DNA of 64,000 nucleotides. It comes from a virus. Below the pieces are notes generated by a model. That model had not been told where the DNA came from. It ran no database searches and saw only the letters and a program-made list of their open reading frames with translations. The stretch lies in IMG/VR virus record IMGVR_UViG_3300021375_001810, one strand, 5' to 3'. Positions 27,271 to 36,619 of this stretch are shown one piece after another. The position numbers and the translations under genes were made by a program. The number at the start of each line of letters is the position of its first letter. Positions within the stretch are counted from its first letter, which is position 1.

Positions 27271-29940
27271 TTGAGTTACGTAGACGCACTATTTGATCGC
27301 GACTCTGACATTATCAGAGTTGTCGAACGCAAAGATGGAAAAAGACATTTCCATGAATATCAAGCAAAATATACATTTTACTATAAAGACCCTCGCGGTA
27401 AGTATAAGAGCGTTTATGGCGATCCTTTAAGTCGTATTGTTTGTAAGAATACAAAAGACTTTCGAAAAGAAGTAGCAATTAATCGAGACAAACAACTTTT
27501 TGAAAGCGACATCAATCCTATTTTCCAATGTTTAAGCGAAAACTATCTTAACCAAGATGCTCCTAAACTAAACATTGCTTTCTTTGATATTGAGACAGAC
27601 TTTGATCCAGAGCGTGGATTTGCCGATCCTGCTGATCCATTTATGCCTATTACTTCTATATCTGTATACTTACAGTGGTTAGAAACAATGGTGTGTTTAG
27701 CAGTTCCGCCTAAGACACTTACAATGGAACAAGCTGAAAAAGAACTAGAAGGTATTGATAATGTAATGCTGTTTGAACAAGAAAGTGAAATGATTGATAC
27801 TTTCTTAACACTAATTGAAGATGCTGATATTTTGTCAGGTTGGAACAGTGAAGGTTATGATATTCCGTATACTGTAAACAGAACTAGTCGTGTACTAAGC
27901 AAAGACGACACTAGACGTTTTTGTCTGTGGGGCCAGTTACCTAAAAAACGTGAATATGAAAAGTATGGCAAATCAGCTGTAACCTTTGACCTAATAGGTA
28001 GAGTGCATTTAGATAGTTTAGAATTATATCGTAAATACACATATGAAGAACGACACACATATAGACTTGATGCCATTGGCGAAATCGAAGTTGGTGAAAA
28101 CAAAGTCCCTTATGAAGGCACTTTGGACCAGTTGTACAACAATGACTTTAGAAAGTTCATCGAATACAACATACAAGATACCGCACTACTGGACAAGTTG
28201 GACAAAAAACTAAGATTTATTGATCTTAGTAACGAACTTGCACACGCAAATACTGTTTTGCTACAGACCACAATGGGTGCTGTTGCTGTTACAGAACAAG
28301 CGATTGTAAACGAAGCACATCACAGAGGACTACAAGTTCCTAACAGACCTAAGCGAGATGACGAAAACACACAAGCCGCTGGTGCATATGTAGCATTTCC
28401 GAAAAAAGGATTGCATAAATGGATTGCATCAATGGATTTGAATTCACTGTATCCGTCAGTAATTCGTGCATTGAATATGGCACCCGAAACTATTATTGGA
28501 CAAATACGTCCTGAGATGTCAGATGCTCGTGTACAAGAAGATATGGGCTTAAAGAAAAAGTCGTTTGCAGGAAGTTGGGAAGGACGTTTTAGTACAGAAG
28601 AATATGAAGCAGTCATGGAACAGAAACGTGACGTTGCTCTTACTGTTGACTTTGAAAACGGACAGACTGAAGTGTTTAGTGGTGCTGAACTGTACAAGAT
28701 TATTTTTGACAATAACAATCCATGGATGCTTAGTGCTAATGGTACAATCTTTACAACAGAGTTTGAAGGTGTTATTCCGGGTATTCTTGCAAGATGGTAT
28801 AGTGAACGTAAAGACTTACAAGCACAACTTAAGAAAGCAAAAGATGCCGGTAATGCTGTTGAAACAGAATATTGGGATAAGCGACAGTTAGTTAAAAAGA
28901 TTAACTTAAACAGTTTGTATGGTGCTATTCTTAATCCTGGTTGTAGGTTCTTTGATAAACGTATTGGTCAATCAACAACACTAACAGGTCGTACTATTGT
29001 TAAACACATGAGTGCAGAAGTTAACAAAGTTATTACAGGCACATATGACCATGTTGGTGAAGCAATGATATATGGTGATACTGACTCTTGTTACTTTAGT
29101 GCTTATCCAATCTTAAAAAATGACATTGACGCAGGAAAGATTCCTTGGGATAAAGATAATGTAATTACCCTTATGGATCAGGTGTGCGAAAAAGCAAATA
29201 CAACGTTTGGCGACTTTATGATGAAAGCATTTCATTGTCCAAAGAGCCGTTCAGATGTTATTGCTGCAGGACGTGAAATTATTGCACAGTCTGGGTTATA
29301 TATTACTAAGAAGCGTTATGCGGCATTAGTTATTGACAACGAAGGCTTTAGAACAGATATTGACGGTAAAGCAGGTAAGGTTAAAGCAATGGGCTTAGAC
29401 TTACGTAGATCAGATACACCTGTGTTTATGCAAGAGTTCTTAAGTGAGATATTACTTATGGTACTAACAGACGTACCGCAAGATGAAATACTTGAACGTA
29501 TTACTGTATTTAGAAAAGAATTCAGTGAACGTCCTGGTTGGGAAAAAGGTAGTCCGAAACGTGCAAACAAAGTAGGTCACTATAAGCGATTAGAAGAAAA
29601 GCAAGGTAAGGCAAATATGCCAGGCCATGTACGGGCAAGCATTAACTGGAATACGCTGAAGCGTATGAACGGAGACAAATACTCACAAGAGATTGTTGAC
29701 GGTATGAAAGTTATTGTTTGTAAACTAAAACAAAACCCTTTAGGATATACAAGTGTTGCTTATCCAACTGATGAGCTAAGACTTCCTGAATGGTTTAAGG
29801 ACCTGCCATTTGACGATGCGGCAATGGCAGAAACTATTATTGATAATAAGTTAGACAACTTAATTGGTGTGTTAGATTATCCTTTAGAAGATACTAAACG
29901 TAATAATACATTCAATAGTTTGTTTGACTTCGGAGAATAA
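27271..29940 (+). CDS. Family-B DNA polymerase with 3'-5' exonuclease
   Basis: FDIET, GWNSEGYD, YNIQD, DLNSLYPS, KINLNSLYG, YGDTDS, KKRY; TTG start with SD AGGAG. Confidence 0.97.
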   Translation: MSYVDALFDRDSDIIRVVERKDGKRHFHEYQAKYTFYYKDPRGKYKSVYGDPLSRIVCKNTKDFRKEVAINRDKQLFESDINPIFQCLSENYLNQDAPKLNIAFFDIETDFDPERGFADPADPFMPITSISVYLQWLETMVCLAVPPKTLTMEQAEKELEGIDNVMLFEQESEMIDTFLTLIEDADILSGWNSEGYDIPYTVNRTSRVLSKDDTRRFCLWGQLPKKREYEKYGKSAVTFDLIGRVHLDSLELYRKYTYEERHTYRLDAIGEIEVGENKVPYEGTLDQLYNNDFRKFIEYNIQDTALLDKLDKKLRFIDLSNELAHANTVLLQTTMGAVAVTEQAIVNEAHHRGLQVPNRPKRDDENTQAAGAYVAFPKKGLHKWIASMDLNSLYPSVIRALNMAPETIIGQIRPEMSDARVQEDMGLKKKSFAGSWEGRFSTEEYEAVMEQKRDVALTVDFENGQTEVFSGAELYKIIFDNNNPWMLSANGTIFTTEFEGVIPGILARWYSERKDLQAQLKKAKDAGNAVETEYWDKRQLVKKINLNSLYGAILNPGCRFFDKRIGQSTTLTGRTIVKHMSAEVNKVITGTYDHVGEAMIYGDTDSCYFSAYPILKNDIDAGKIPWDKDNVITLMDQVCEKANTTFGDFMMKAFHCPKSRSDVIAAGREIIAQSGLYITKKRYAALVIDNEGFRTDIDGKAGKVKAMGLDLRRSDTPVFMQEFLSEILLMVLTDVPQDEILERITVFRKEFSERPGWEKGSPKRANKVGHYKRLEEKQGKANMPGHVRASINWNTLKRMNGDKYSQEIVDGMKVIVCKLKQNPLGYTSVAYPTDELRLPEWFKDLPFDDAAMAETIIDNKLDNLIGVLDYPLEDTKRNNTFNSLFDFGE

Positions 29941-29941
29941 A

Positions 29942-30052
29942 ATGAAAGTTAATATACAATTGGAAATAGATACTGACAATAGTCAAGACCTAAATACCAT
30001 TGAAGAATTAATTGCAATGCTAAGACAATTAGCAGAAAATTACGAGGATTAG
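29942..30052 (+). CDS. Small hypothetical protein (36 aa; not in ORF track)
   Basis: MKVNIQLEIDTDNSQDLNTIEELIAMLRQLAENYED; GGAG upstream; fills gap exactly. Confidence 0.55.
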   Translation: MKVNIQLEIDTDNSQDLNTIEELIAMLRQLAENYED

Positions 30053-30054
30053 TT

Positions 30055-30249
30055 ATGGAATGGGTATTAGTATACATCACTCTTACATTTCACGGTCATC
30101 CAATAGCTGAAGAACAGGGTCGTTTTGACTCAATGGTTGAGTGCTTTAAGGCTAGAGAATACTTATCTTTAGAACTAGGTAGTACTGATGGATATTATCC
30201 TGTAGGCTCACAGGCTGTGTGTGTAACAAACTTAAAGGAAATGCACTAA
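30055..30249 (+). CDS. Hypothetical protein
   Basis: 64 aa, MEWVLVYI...F.SM.EC pattern. Confidence 0.55.
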   Translation: MEWVLVYITLTFHGHPIAEEQGRFDSMVECFKAREYLSLELGSTDGYYPVGSQAVCVTNLKEMH

Positions 30250-30665
30250 TGGATAGAGTAGGATTCACATGTAGTACATTTGATTTATTACATGCAGGTC
30301 ATGTACAAATGTTACGTGAAGCAAAAGAACAATGTGATTATCTAATTGTTGGATTGCAAGTTGATCCAAGTATGGACAGACCTGAAAAGAACTGTCCTAT
30401 ACAAACTATTGTTGAACGATATACTCAATTAAAAGCAGTAGGATATGTAGACGAAATCATTCCTTACGGAACTGAACAAGACCTAGAAGATATTTTAAGT
30501 ATGTATACCATACATGTACGTATCCTAGGCGAAGAATATAGAGATAAAGAGTTTACCGGCAGAGATATCTGCAGAAAACGTGATATTGAAATATTCTTTA
30601 ACAAACGAGATCATAGGTTTAGTTCGAGCGACCTACGAAAACGTGTTTCTGACAGACAGAAATAA
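30249..30665 (+). CDS. TagD-like (glycerol-3-phosphate) cytidylyltransferase
   Basis: TFDLLHAGH, CDYLIVGL, YVDEIIPY, RDHRFSSSDLR. Confidence 0.88.
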   Translation: MDRVGFTCSTFDLLHAGHVQMLREAKEQCDYLIVGLQVDPSMDRPEKNCPIQTIVERYTQLKAVGYVDEIIPYGTEQDLEDILSMYTIHVRILGEEYRDKEFTGRDICRKRDIEIFFNKRDHRFSSSDLRKRVSDRQK

Positions 30666-30674
30666 AATTAATGC

Positions 30675-30703
30675 TTGACAAAAACCTAAATATACTTTAT
30701 AAT
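30675..30703 (+). promoter_or_regulatory. Composite promoter TTGACA-N17-TATAAT with late TAAATA in spacer
   Basis: ttgacaaaaacctaaatatactttataat; upstream of clamp-dpdA. Confidence 0.8.
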
Positions 30704-30727
30704 AGAACTTAACATAGGAGAATATAA

Positions 30728-31456
30728 ATGAAAGATATATTACAAGACGTAGTCGCACACACACATGCACTAGGTTTTCTATCACTGGTTAAAGTTAACG
30801 CTGAAACAGAAACGGCTATTGATGCAATGGCAGAAGACAGATCAGTTATTTTAACAGCAACTACACATAACCCTGTATCAGAGTTTATTGGAACGTTTGG
30901 TATGCCTAACTTAGACAAACTAAGTTTGCATTTAAAGAATCCAGAATACAAAGATAACGCAAAACTTGAAGTAGTTCAAGCAGACCGCAATGGCGAAACT
31001 ATCCCAACACACATCCACTTTGAAAATGCAACAGGTGACTTTGAAAATGATTATCGCTTTATGAACAAAGCAATCATTGAAGAAAAACTAAAGACTGTTA
31101 AGTTTAAAGGTGCATCATGGGACGTAACATTTGAACCAAGCATGGCAAGTATTGCACGTATGAAGTTACAAAGTGCTGCACACGCCGAAGAGCCTACATT
31201 TAATGTAACAACTACTGATGGTAATCTTGTGTTTAGTTTTGGTGATGCAAGTACACACGCAGGTAGTTTTATCTTCCAACATGCTGTTGAAGGTGAATTA
31301 AGTCATACTTGGAGTTGGCCTGTAGCACAAGTACAGTCTATCTTAAACTTAGATGGTAATATTACAATGAGTATTTCCAATCAAGGTGCTATGATGATTA
31401 CTGTAGACAGTGGCTTAGCAAAATACGATTACATTTTGCCAGCACAGAGTAAGTAG
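30728..31456 (+). CDS. Probable DNA sliding clamp (gp45/PCNA-like)
   Basis: 242 aa (clamp protomer size), alpha/beta pattern, DAMAEDRSV and C-terminal YDYILPA recall PCNA; PolB and RFC loader in window. Confidence 0.6.
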   Translation: MKDILQDVVAHTHALGFLSLVKVNAETETAIDAMAEDRSVILTATTHNPVSEFIGTFGMPNLDKLSLHLKNPEYKDNAKLEVVQADRNGETIPTHIHFENATGDFENDYRFMNKAIIEEKLKTVKFKGASWDVTFEPSMASIARMKLQSAAHAEEPTFNVTTTDGNLVFSFGDASTHAGSFIFQHAVEGELSHTWSWPVAQVQSILNLDGNITMSISNQGAMMITVDSGLAKYDYILPAQSK

Positions 31457-31459
31457 AAT

Positions 31460-33025
31460 ATGCGTAAAGACTTAACAGCAGAACAAAATGACTATGCACA
31501 TTTTCTTCCAGCATTAAGTGGTTTTTATGCAACGTATGTAGGCAAGCAGAGATTTCTAGATCCTGTAAAAGGTCCATATATTGAAGATGCTCGTATACCT
31601 GCTAATTGGAATAATGGTGTAGAAAGTCTAAACTATCTTAATAAAAAAGAAGGTGCGTTTACATACAAGTGGACACTATATTCAGCAGGTCATGCTGACT
31701 TAGATACAAATAAAATCGTCCCAAAAGAAGATATGGTGCGTAATAGAGACAGAGCAAACACATGGATACTTGGAGACTCAGGTGGTTTCCAAATTGGTAA
31801 AGGTGTTTGGGAAGGAGACTGGAAAGATCCTAACTGTCCAAAGGCACAAAAGAAACGTGACGGTGTTTTACGTTGGATGGATGCATATATGGACTATGGT
31901 ATGGTCCTTGATATTCCAGCCTGGGTAGCACGTTCACCCGAAGGTGCAAAAGCCACTGGCATTAGTACATATGATGAGGCTGTAAAAGCAACACGTATAA
32001 ACAATGACTATTGGATGAAGCATAGAACAGGTGCTTGTAAATTCTTAAATGTATTACAAGGCGAGAATCATGCTGATGCAGAAGATTGGTATCAGCAAAT
32101 GAAAGACTATTGTGATCCTAACATATATCCAGACAAACATTTTAATGGCTGGGCAATGGGTGGTCAGAATATGTGTGATGTACATTTGGTTCTTAAACGT
32201 CTAGTTGCATTGAGATTCGACGGACTACTGGAACAAGGCGTACATGATGTAATGCACTTCTTAGGTACAAGTAAACTAGAATGGGCTACATTACTAACAG
32301 ACATACAAAGAGCTGTTCGTAAGTATCATAACCCAAACTTTATGGTTACATTTGATTGTGCTAGTCCTTTCCTTGCTACAGCAAACGGGCAAGTATACAT
32401 TCAAAACGAAACACCTGATAGAGGTAAGTGGACTTATCGAATGGTGCCTAGTATAGATGATAAAAAATATGCAACTGATACTAGAACATTCCGCGATGCT
32501 GTATTACAAGACGGTATCTTTAAAAACTTTGAAGATAGTCCAGTAACTGACGGTATGCTTGTAAATGATGTATGTTACTATAAGCCCGGTGATCTAAACA
32601 AAATAGGTAAAGAAGGTAAAACATCTTGGGATTCATTTAGTTATGCAATACAAATGGGTCACAATGTATGGAGTCATATCAATGCTGTACAAGAAGCAAA
32701 CAGACAGTATGATGCAGGTATAACTCCTAAGATGTTAGTAGACGAACGTTTTGATAGAGTTTACTTTAAAGACATAGTCGAAGCAATCTTTATGACAGAT
32801 GATAGAGATGAAGCAAATGCAATTATCGAAGAGTTCAGTAAATTTTGGATGAGCATACCTGGTACTAGAGGTGCTATTGGTAAAAAGACTGTAAATTCTA
32901 GTACATATTTTAACGCATTGTTTGATGTAGAAGAATCGTCACAACAAGAAGAATTAGAAGCTGGCGAATATACTGAAGAACAAGAAAGTAAGTTAGGAGA
33001 ACTTGAGGATGAGCAATTACAGTGA
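31460..33025 (+). CDS. dpdA: DNA 7-deazaguanine transglycosylase (TGT fold, DpdA family)
   Basis: ILGDSGGFQ, MVLDIP, NVLQG, GWAMGG, MHFLG, TFDCAS, HN motifs of the TGT barrel; lacks the tRNA-TGT CxCxxC Zn site; folE/queE nearby. Confidence 0.85.
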   Translation: MRKDLTAEQNDYAHFLPALSGFYATYVGKQRFLDPVKGPYIEDARIPANWNNGVESLNYLNKKEGAFTYKWTLYSAGHADLDTNKIVPKEDMVRNRDRANTWILGDSGGFQIGKGVWEGDWKDPNCPKAQKKRDGVLRWMDAYMDYGMVLDIPAWVARSPEGAKATGISTYDEAVKATRINNDYWMKHRTGACKFLNVLQGENHADAEDWYQQMKDYCDPNIYPDKHFNGWAMGGQNMCDVHLVLKRLVALRFDGLLEQGVHDVMHFLGTSKLEWATLLTDIQRAVRKYHNPNFMVTFDCASPFLATANGQVYIQNETPDRGKWTYRMVPSIDDKKYATDTRTFRDAVLQDGIFKNFEDSPVTDGMLVNDVCYYKPGDLNKIGKEGKTSWDSFSYAIQMGHNVWSHINAVQEANRQYDAGITPKMLVDERFDRVYFKDIVEAIFMTDDRDEANAIIEEFSKFWMSIPGTRGAIGKKTVNSSTYFNALFDVEESSQQEELEAGEYTEEQESKLGELEDEQLQ

Positions 33026-33209
33026 CGAACACGAAAAAATAGCGAATCAATTAGATATTTTATATAAGCGTCATAGAGAACTTGACGATAACATAATTAA
33101 TCGTTATAATAAGTTTGCAACCGACACTGAAATTAATATGTTAAAGACCAAAAAGTTATGGTTCAAAGACGAAATATATAGATTAGAAAAGAGGCTGAAA
33201 GAGACATGA
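33009..33209 (+). CDS. DUF465/YdcH-like coiled-coil protein
   Basis: LYKRHRELDDNI...LKTKKLWFKDEI. Confidence 0.65.
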   Translation: MSNYSDEHEKIANQLDILYKRHRELDDNIINRYNKFATDTEINMLKTKKLWFKDEIYRLEKRLKET

Positions 33210-33727
33210 AACGAGATTATGATGAAGGCGTTTTAGAAACACCTGTTTTATTTGTAGGTGTAGAAGTTGAAAAGACCCCGGCATTTGGTATGCAAACACT
33301 GTTTGTAGACGGCATCCAAGACATCGAAACTATACTTGAATACTATAACAAGTTAGAGTGTAAGCACATATTCTTTGGTGCAAATCATTCATATAGTCCA
33401 AAAACAGCAGACGAGTTCGAACAGTGGGACAAATACATTTTAGAATTTGTAAAAGAAGGCTACTTATGTAGTTTAGATATTCCAAGTACTATTAACTTAG
33501 AATGGTTCTTAGAAGGCGGATTAGTAGAGTATGATAACTTTATTCCGCAAATACGTGTTGTAGTACCTTATGTGAAACAGTGGAACTATAATACTATGGT
33601 TAAGATTGACGACAAAGACTTTAAAGCAAGTAACCCAGGTGTTTGGTGTCATAGTCTACATGACTTAATGGATAGAGAAAAATTTACCGATTGGGGCAAA
33701 TATGGCCTTGACAAAGTTATTAAATGA
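33206..33727 (+). CDS. Hypothetical protein in dpd cluster
   Basis: 173 aa between dpdA and the QueD paralogue. Confidence 0.7.
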   Translation: MKRDYDEGVLETPVLFVGVEVEKTPAFGMQTLFVDGIQDIETILEYYNKLECKHIFFGANHSYSPKTADEFEQWDKYILEFVKEGYLCSLDIPSTINLEWFLEGGLVEYDNFIPQIRVVVPYVKQWNYNTMVKIDDKDFKASNPGVWCHSLHDLMDREKFTDWGKYGLDKVIK

Positions 33728-33736
33728 AAGTATAAT
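33708..33736 (+). promoter_or_regulatory. sigma70-type promoter TTGACA-N17-TATAAT
   Basis: Perfect consensus; ATG 33744 at expected start site. Confidence 0.75.
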
Positions 33737-33743
33737 ATAAACA

Positions 33744-34211
33744 ATGCAAGAACGTTATTACGACTACATGGTACGTAGAATGAGAGAGGAAGATAATAAA
33801 ATGGCTGAAGAAAAAGCAATAAATAATGCACAAAAGAGTATATGGGTAACCTTTAGAAAAGAAGGTATTCATAAATATCCGGCGGCACTAGATGACCCAA
33901 AACTTGCAACAGGCGATGACATGGACGTTTCGTTCCTTGGTTATCCTCATCGTCATATTTTCCACTTCAGGGTGCGTATCGAAGTGTTCCATGACGATAG
34001 AGACATCGAATTCATCCAGTTCAAAAGATGGCTCGAAAAGCTCTATAATGATTCCGACGGTGCGGTGCTCGTACTAGATTACAAATCGTGTGAAATGATC
34101 GCAGACGATCTATATTCACAAATTTCAGCAAAGTATCCCGGCCGCTTTGTTGAGATTGATGTCTCCGAAGATGGAGAGAATGGCTGTCAAATCTTTTACC
34201 CAAAACCCTAA
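33744..34211 (+). CDS. QueD/PTPS T-fold paralogue, DpdL-like (putative CDG decarboxylase)
   Basis: EGIH, LGYPHRHIF (LxxxHRHxF instead of QueD CxxxHGH), DRDIEF, SCEMIA, VSEDGENG. Confidence 0.7.
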   Translation: MQERYYDYMVRRMREEDNKMAEEKAINNAQKSIWVTFRKEGIHKYPAALDDPKLATGDDMDVSFLGYPHRHIFHFRVRIEVFHDDRDIEFIQFKRWLEKLYNDSDGAVLVLDYKSCEMIADDLYSQISAKYPGRFVEIDVSEDGENGCQIFYPKP

Positions 34212-34237
34212 ATGCTATTATCAAAAGGAAAACTACA

Positions 34238-34447
34238 ATGGCAAAGAACTTTCCGAAAGTTATGGATATCTATGACGATCTTGACAAGTTTCGCGACTAC
34301 TGTCGCTTTGAAGGTAAAGTCTTTAATGAAAAAGACTTATACAAAGAAGGTGCACCTGTATGGGAAGCATATAAAAAATACCAAGGCTGGCTTCGTGCAA
34401 AAGCTCGCAATGCAGGACGTAACAATATAAACAACCGGAGGAACTAA
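34238..34447 (+). CDS. Hypothetical protein
   Basis: 69 aa; AAGGA SD; coupled to glycosyltransferase. Confidence 0.65.
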   Translation: MAKNFPKVMDIYDDLDKFRDYCRFEGKVFNEKDLYKEGAPVWEAYKKYQGWLRAKARNAGRNNINNRRN

Positions 34448-35511
34448 TGACTATCTATATCGTAGACATTGAAGCAGTTGATACACGCTATACTAAACAA
34501 TGGAAAGAACATCTTCCAAAGCAACTGCAACGAGCTACGAATGAAAAAGTAGAAGTTGTTAGTGGTGGAGATACTCCTCAGGCTACAACACCCGGGGCGT
34601 TTCTTAACTTCGGCGGTACAAATGTTTATAAAAGCAAACAGTTAGAAAAAATAGGGGAAATGTTTTGTAACGGAACTATTAATGATGGTGATTATTTCCT
34701 ATACACTGATGCTTGGAATCCTACTGTTATACAACTTCGTTACATGGCAGAACTATTAGGCGTTGATATTTGTGTTGGCGGCTTGTGGCATGCTGGCAGT
34801 TATGATCCACAAGATTTTCTAGGCAGACTTATAGGAGATAAACCTTGGGTCAGACATGCAGAATATTCAATGTTTGAATGTTACGATGACAATTTTTTTG
34901 CAAGTGAATTTCATTGGGATATGTTTGCAGAAACGTTTGCACTCGAAATGGGTGTAGTTGATCAAACTAAAATGAAACGTGTAGGATGGCCTATGGAATA
35001 TCTAAAGAACAGTTTAGATAGTTACAAAGGTATGGAGAAGAAAGATTTAATCTTATTCCCGCATCGAGTTGCTCCTGAAAAACAAGTTGATATTTTTAGA
35101 GACTTAAAAGAACGTTTACCTCAATATGAATTTGTAGTATGTCAAGAACAACAACTTACAAAAAATGAATATCACAATTTACTAGGCGAAGCTAAAATTG
35201 TGTTTAGTGCTAACCTACAAGAAACATTAGGTATTAGTTGGTATGAAGGAGCATTAGTTAATGCTATACCTATGGTGCCAGATAGACTAAGTTACAGTGA
35301 AATGGCACTGCCTGAATTTAAATACGACAGCAAATGGACTGAAGACTTTGATGCATACTTACATCACAAAGACAAAGTCGTTGCCCAAATAGTTGAATAC
35401 ATAGAAAACTATGAGTCTTTCCTTCCAAGTATTGCAAAACAAGTATCTAAACTTAATAAAGAATTCTTTAGCGGTAAAGACTTGTATACGGTGATTAGTA
35501 ATGAACGATGA
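34447..35511 (+). CDS. GT-B (GT4-like) glycosyltransferase
   Basis: FPHRVAPEK, ETLGISWYE (E-x7-E), PMVPDRLSY. Confidence 0.8.
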   Translation: MTIYIVDIEAVDTRYTKQWKEHLPKQLQRATNEKVEVVSGGDTPQATTPGAFLNFGGTNVYKSKQLEKIGEMFCNGTINDGDYFLYTDAWNPTVIQLRYMAELLGVDICVGGLWHAGSYDPQDFLGRLIGDKPWVRHAEYSMFECYDDNFFASEFHWDMFAETFALEMGVVDQTKMKRVGWPMEYLKNSLDSYKGMEKKDLILFPHRVAPEKQVDIFRDLKERLPQYEFVVCQEQQLTKNEYHNLLGEAKIVFSANLQETLGISWYEGALVNAIPMVPDRLSYSEMALPEFKYDSKWTEDFDAYLHHKDKVVAQIVEYIENYESFLPSIAKQVSKLNKEFFSGKDLYTVISNER

Positions 35512-35881
35512 TACAGAAACATATACAATTGACCTTGGATCAGGTGCAGATACCTTACAAACAATTTATACTAATGACACATTGTATACTGATAACAGTA
35601 TTACTATAAACACTTCTAGTTGGGATGATAGTTTTAGTACTGATCCTTCATCAATTTATACTACTGGCATAAACAATGGTAATGTTAGTATCGAAGGTGA
35701 ATTAAAAGTAGGCGGTGTAGACGTTATGCAGTCTATTAAAGATCTACAACGTGTACTAGGTGTTGTAAGTAGAGATATTGAAAAAGAAGAAAAGTATGCA
35801 GGACTAAAACGTGCCGCAGAAGCATACGAACGCGAACTAGCAAAAATTGAAACATTAGAAACTATAAAGGGTTCGACCTAA
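35501..35881 (+). CDS. Hypothetical protein
   Basis: 126 aa, Thr/Ser-rich N-terminus, coiled C-terminus. Confidence 0.6.
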   Translation: MNDDTETYTIDLGSGADTLQTIYTNDTLYTDNSITINTSSWDDSFSTDPSSIYTTGINNGNVSIEGELKVGGVDVMQSIKDLQRVLGVVSRDIEKEEKYAGLKRAAEAYERELAKIETLETIKGST

Positions 35882-36345
35882 TGCTAAACTTTTTTAAAGG
35901 ACGTAAACGTGTAATTAAAGACAGAGACAGTAACGAACCATACTTAGTTCGCTACTATCTTTTCTTAAAAGACAGAAAGAACTTTCCGTTTAATATCACA
36001 TTACACAAAGTTTTAAAAAGCGATGAAGACGTTCTCCATGATCATCCGTGGAGTTATGCAACATTAATTCTTAAAGGTGGCTATTGGGAAAATCTTCCTA
36101 TATATGCTCGTGAAGGACATGTATGCGGTTCCCATAAAGTATGGAGAGGACCAGGACACTTTCGATATCGTAAGTCAGACGACTTACACTTTTTAGAATT
36201 AGAAAAAGACGCCAATGGAAATGAGATTCCATGTTGGAGTTTATTTTATATGGGTAAGAAAGCCAAGAGTTGGGGATTTTTACCTTGGATTAAAAATACC
36301 GGTTATCGGTGGATAGATAGTGAGACATACCTCACTAAGGATTAA
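35881..36345 (+). CDS. Cupin-like metalloprotein
   Basis: LHDHPWSYATLILKGGYWE and downstream His. Confidence 0.6.
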   Translation: MLNFFKGRKRVIKDRDSNEPYLVRYYLFLKDRKNFPFNITLHKVLKSDEDVLHDHPWSYATLILKGGYWENLPIYAREGHVCGSHKVWRGPGHFRYRKSDDLHFLELEKDANGNEIPCWSLFYMGKKAKSWGFLPWIKNTGYRWIDSETYLTKD

Positions 36346-36346
36346 T

Positions 36347-36619
36347 ATGATGAGTCAATATAATGATGTTGTTGAAAGGCAAAGAGTGAAATTGGAAGCA
36401 GAAGTTTGGGCTAAACAAGTCAAATCTATACATGCACATACTACAAAAAGTATGTGGTATGAAACTAATCCTGAGGATTTTGAACACGGGCCTGTAACTG
36501 ATGTTGAATACAATAGTGGTGTTATAGAAAGAACACTTGCAAATGGTGACAAAAGAACAATTGGCAAGAGATTAAGTTCAGATGAACTAGTTGATGAATA
36601 TAAAAGGAATTCTGTTTGA
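36347..36619 (+). CDS. Hypothetical protein
   Basis: Start reassigned to ATG 36347 after AAGGA. Confidence 0.6.
   Translation: MMSQYNDVVERQRVKLEAEVWAKQVKSIHAHTTKSMWYETNPEDFEHGPVTDVEYNSGVIERTLANGDKRTIGKRLSSDELVDEYKRNSV

Noticed and set aside
31460-33025. Ordinary tRNA-guanine transglycosylase (Tgt)
   Set aside because: Lacks the CxCxxC zinc site, is longer and divergent, and lies among replication genes; a DNA-acting DpdA fits better.
34212-34430. 72-aa ORF
   Set aside because: Alternative frame of 34238..34447, which has the SD and couples to the glycosyltransferase.
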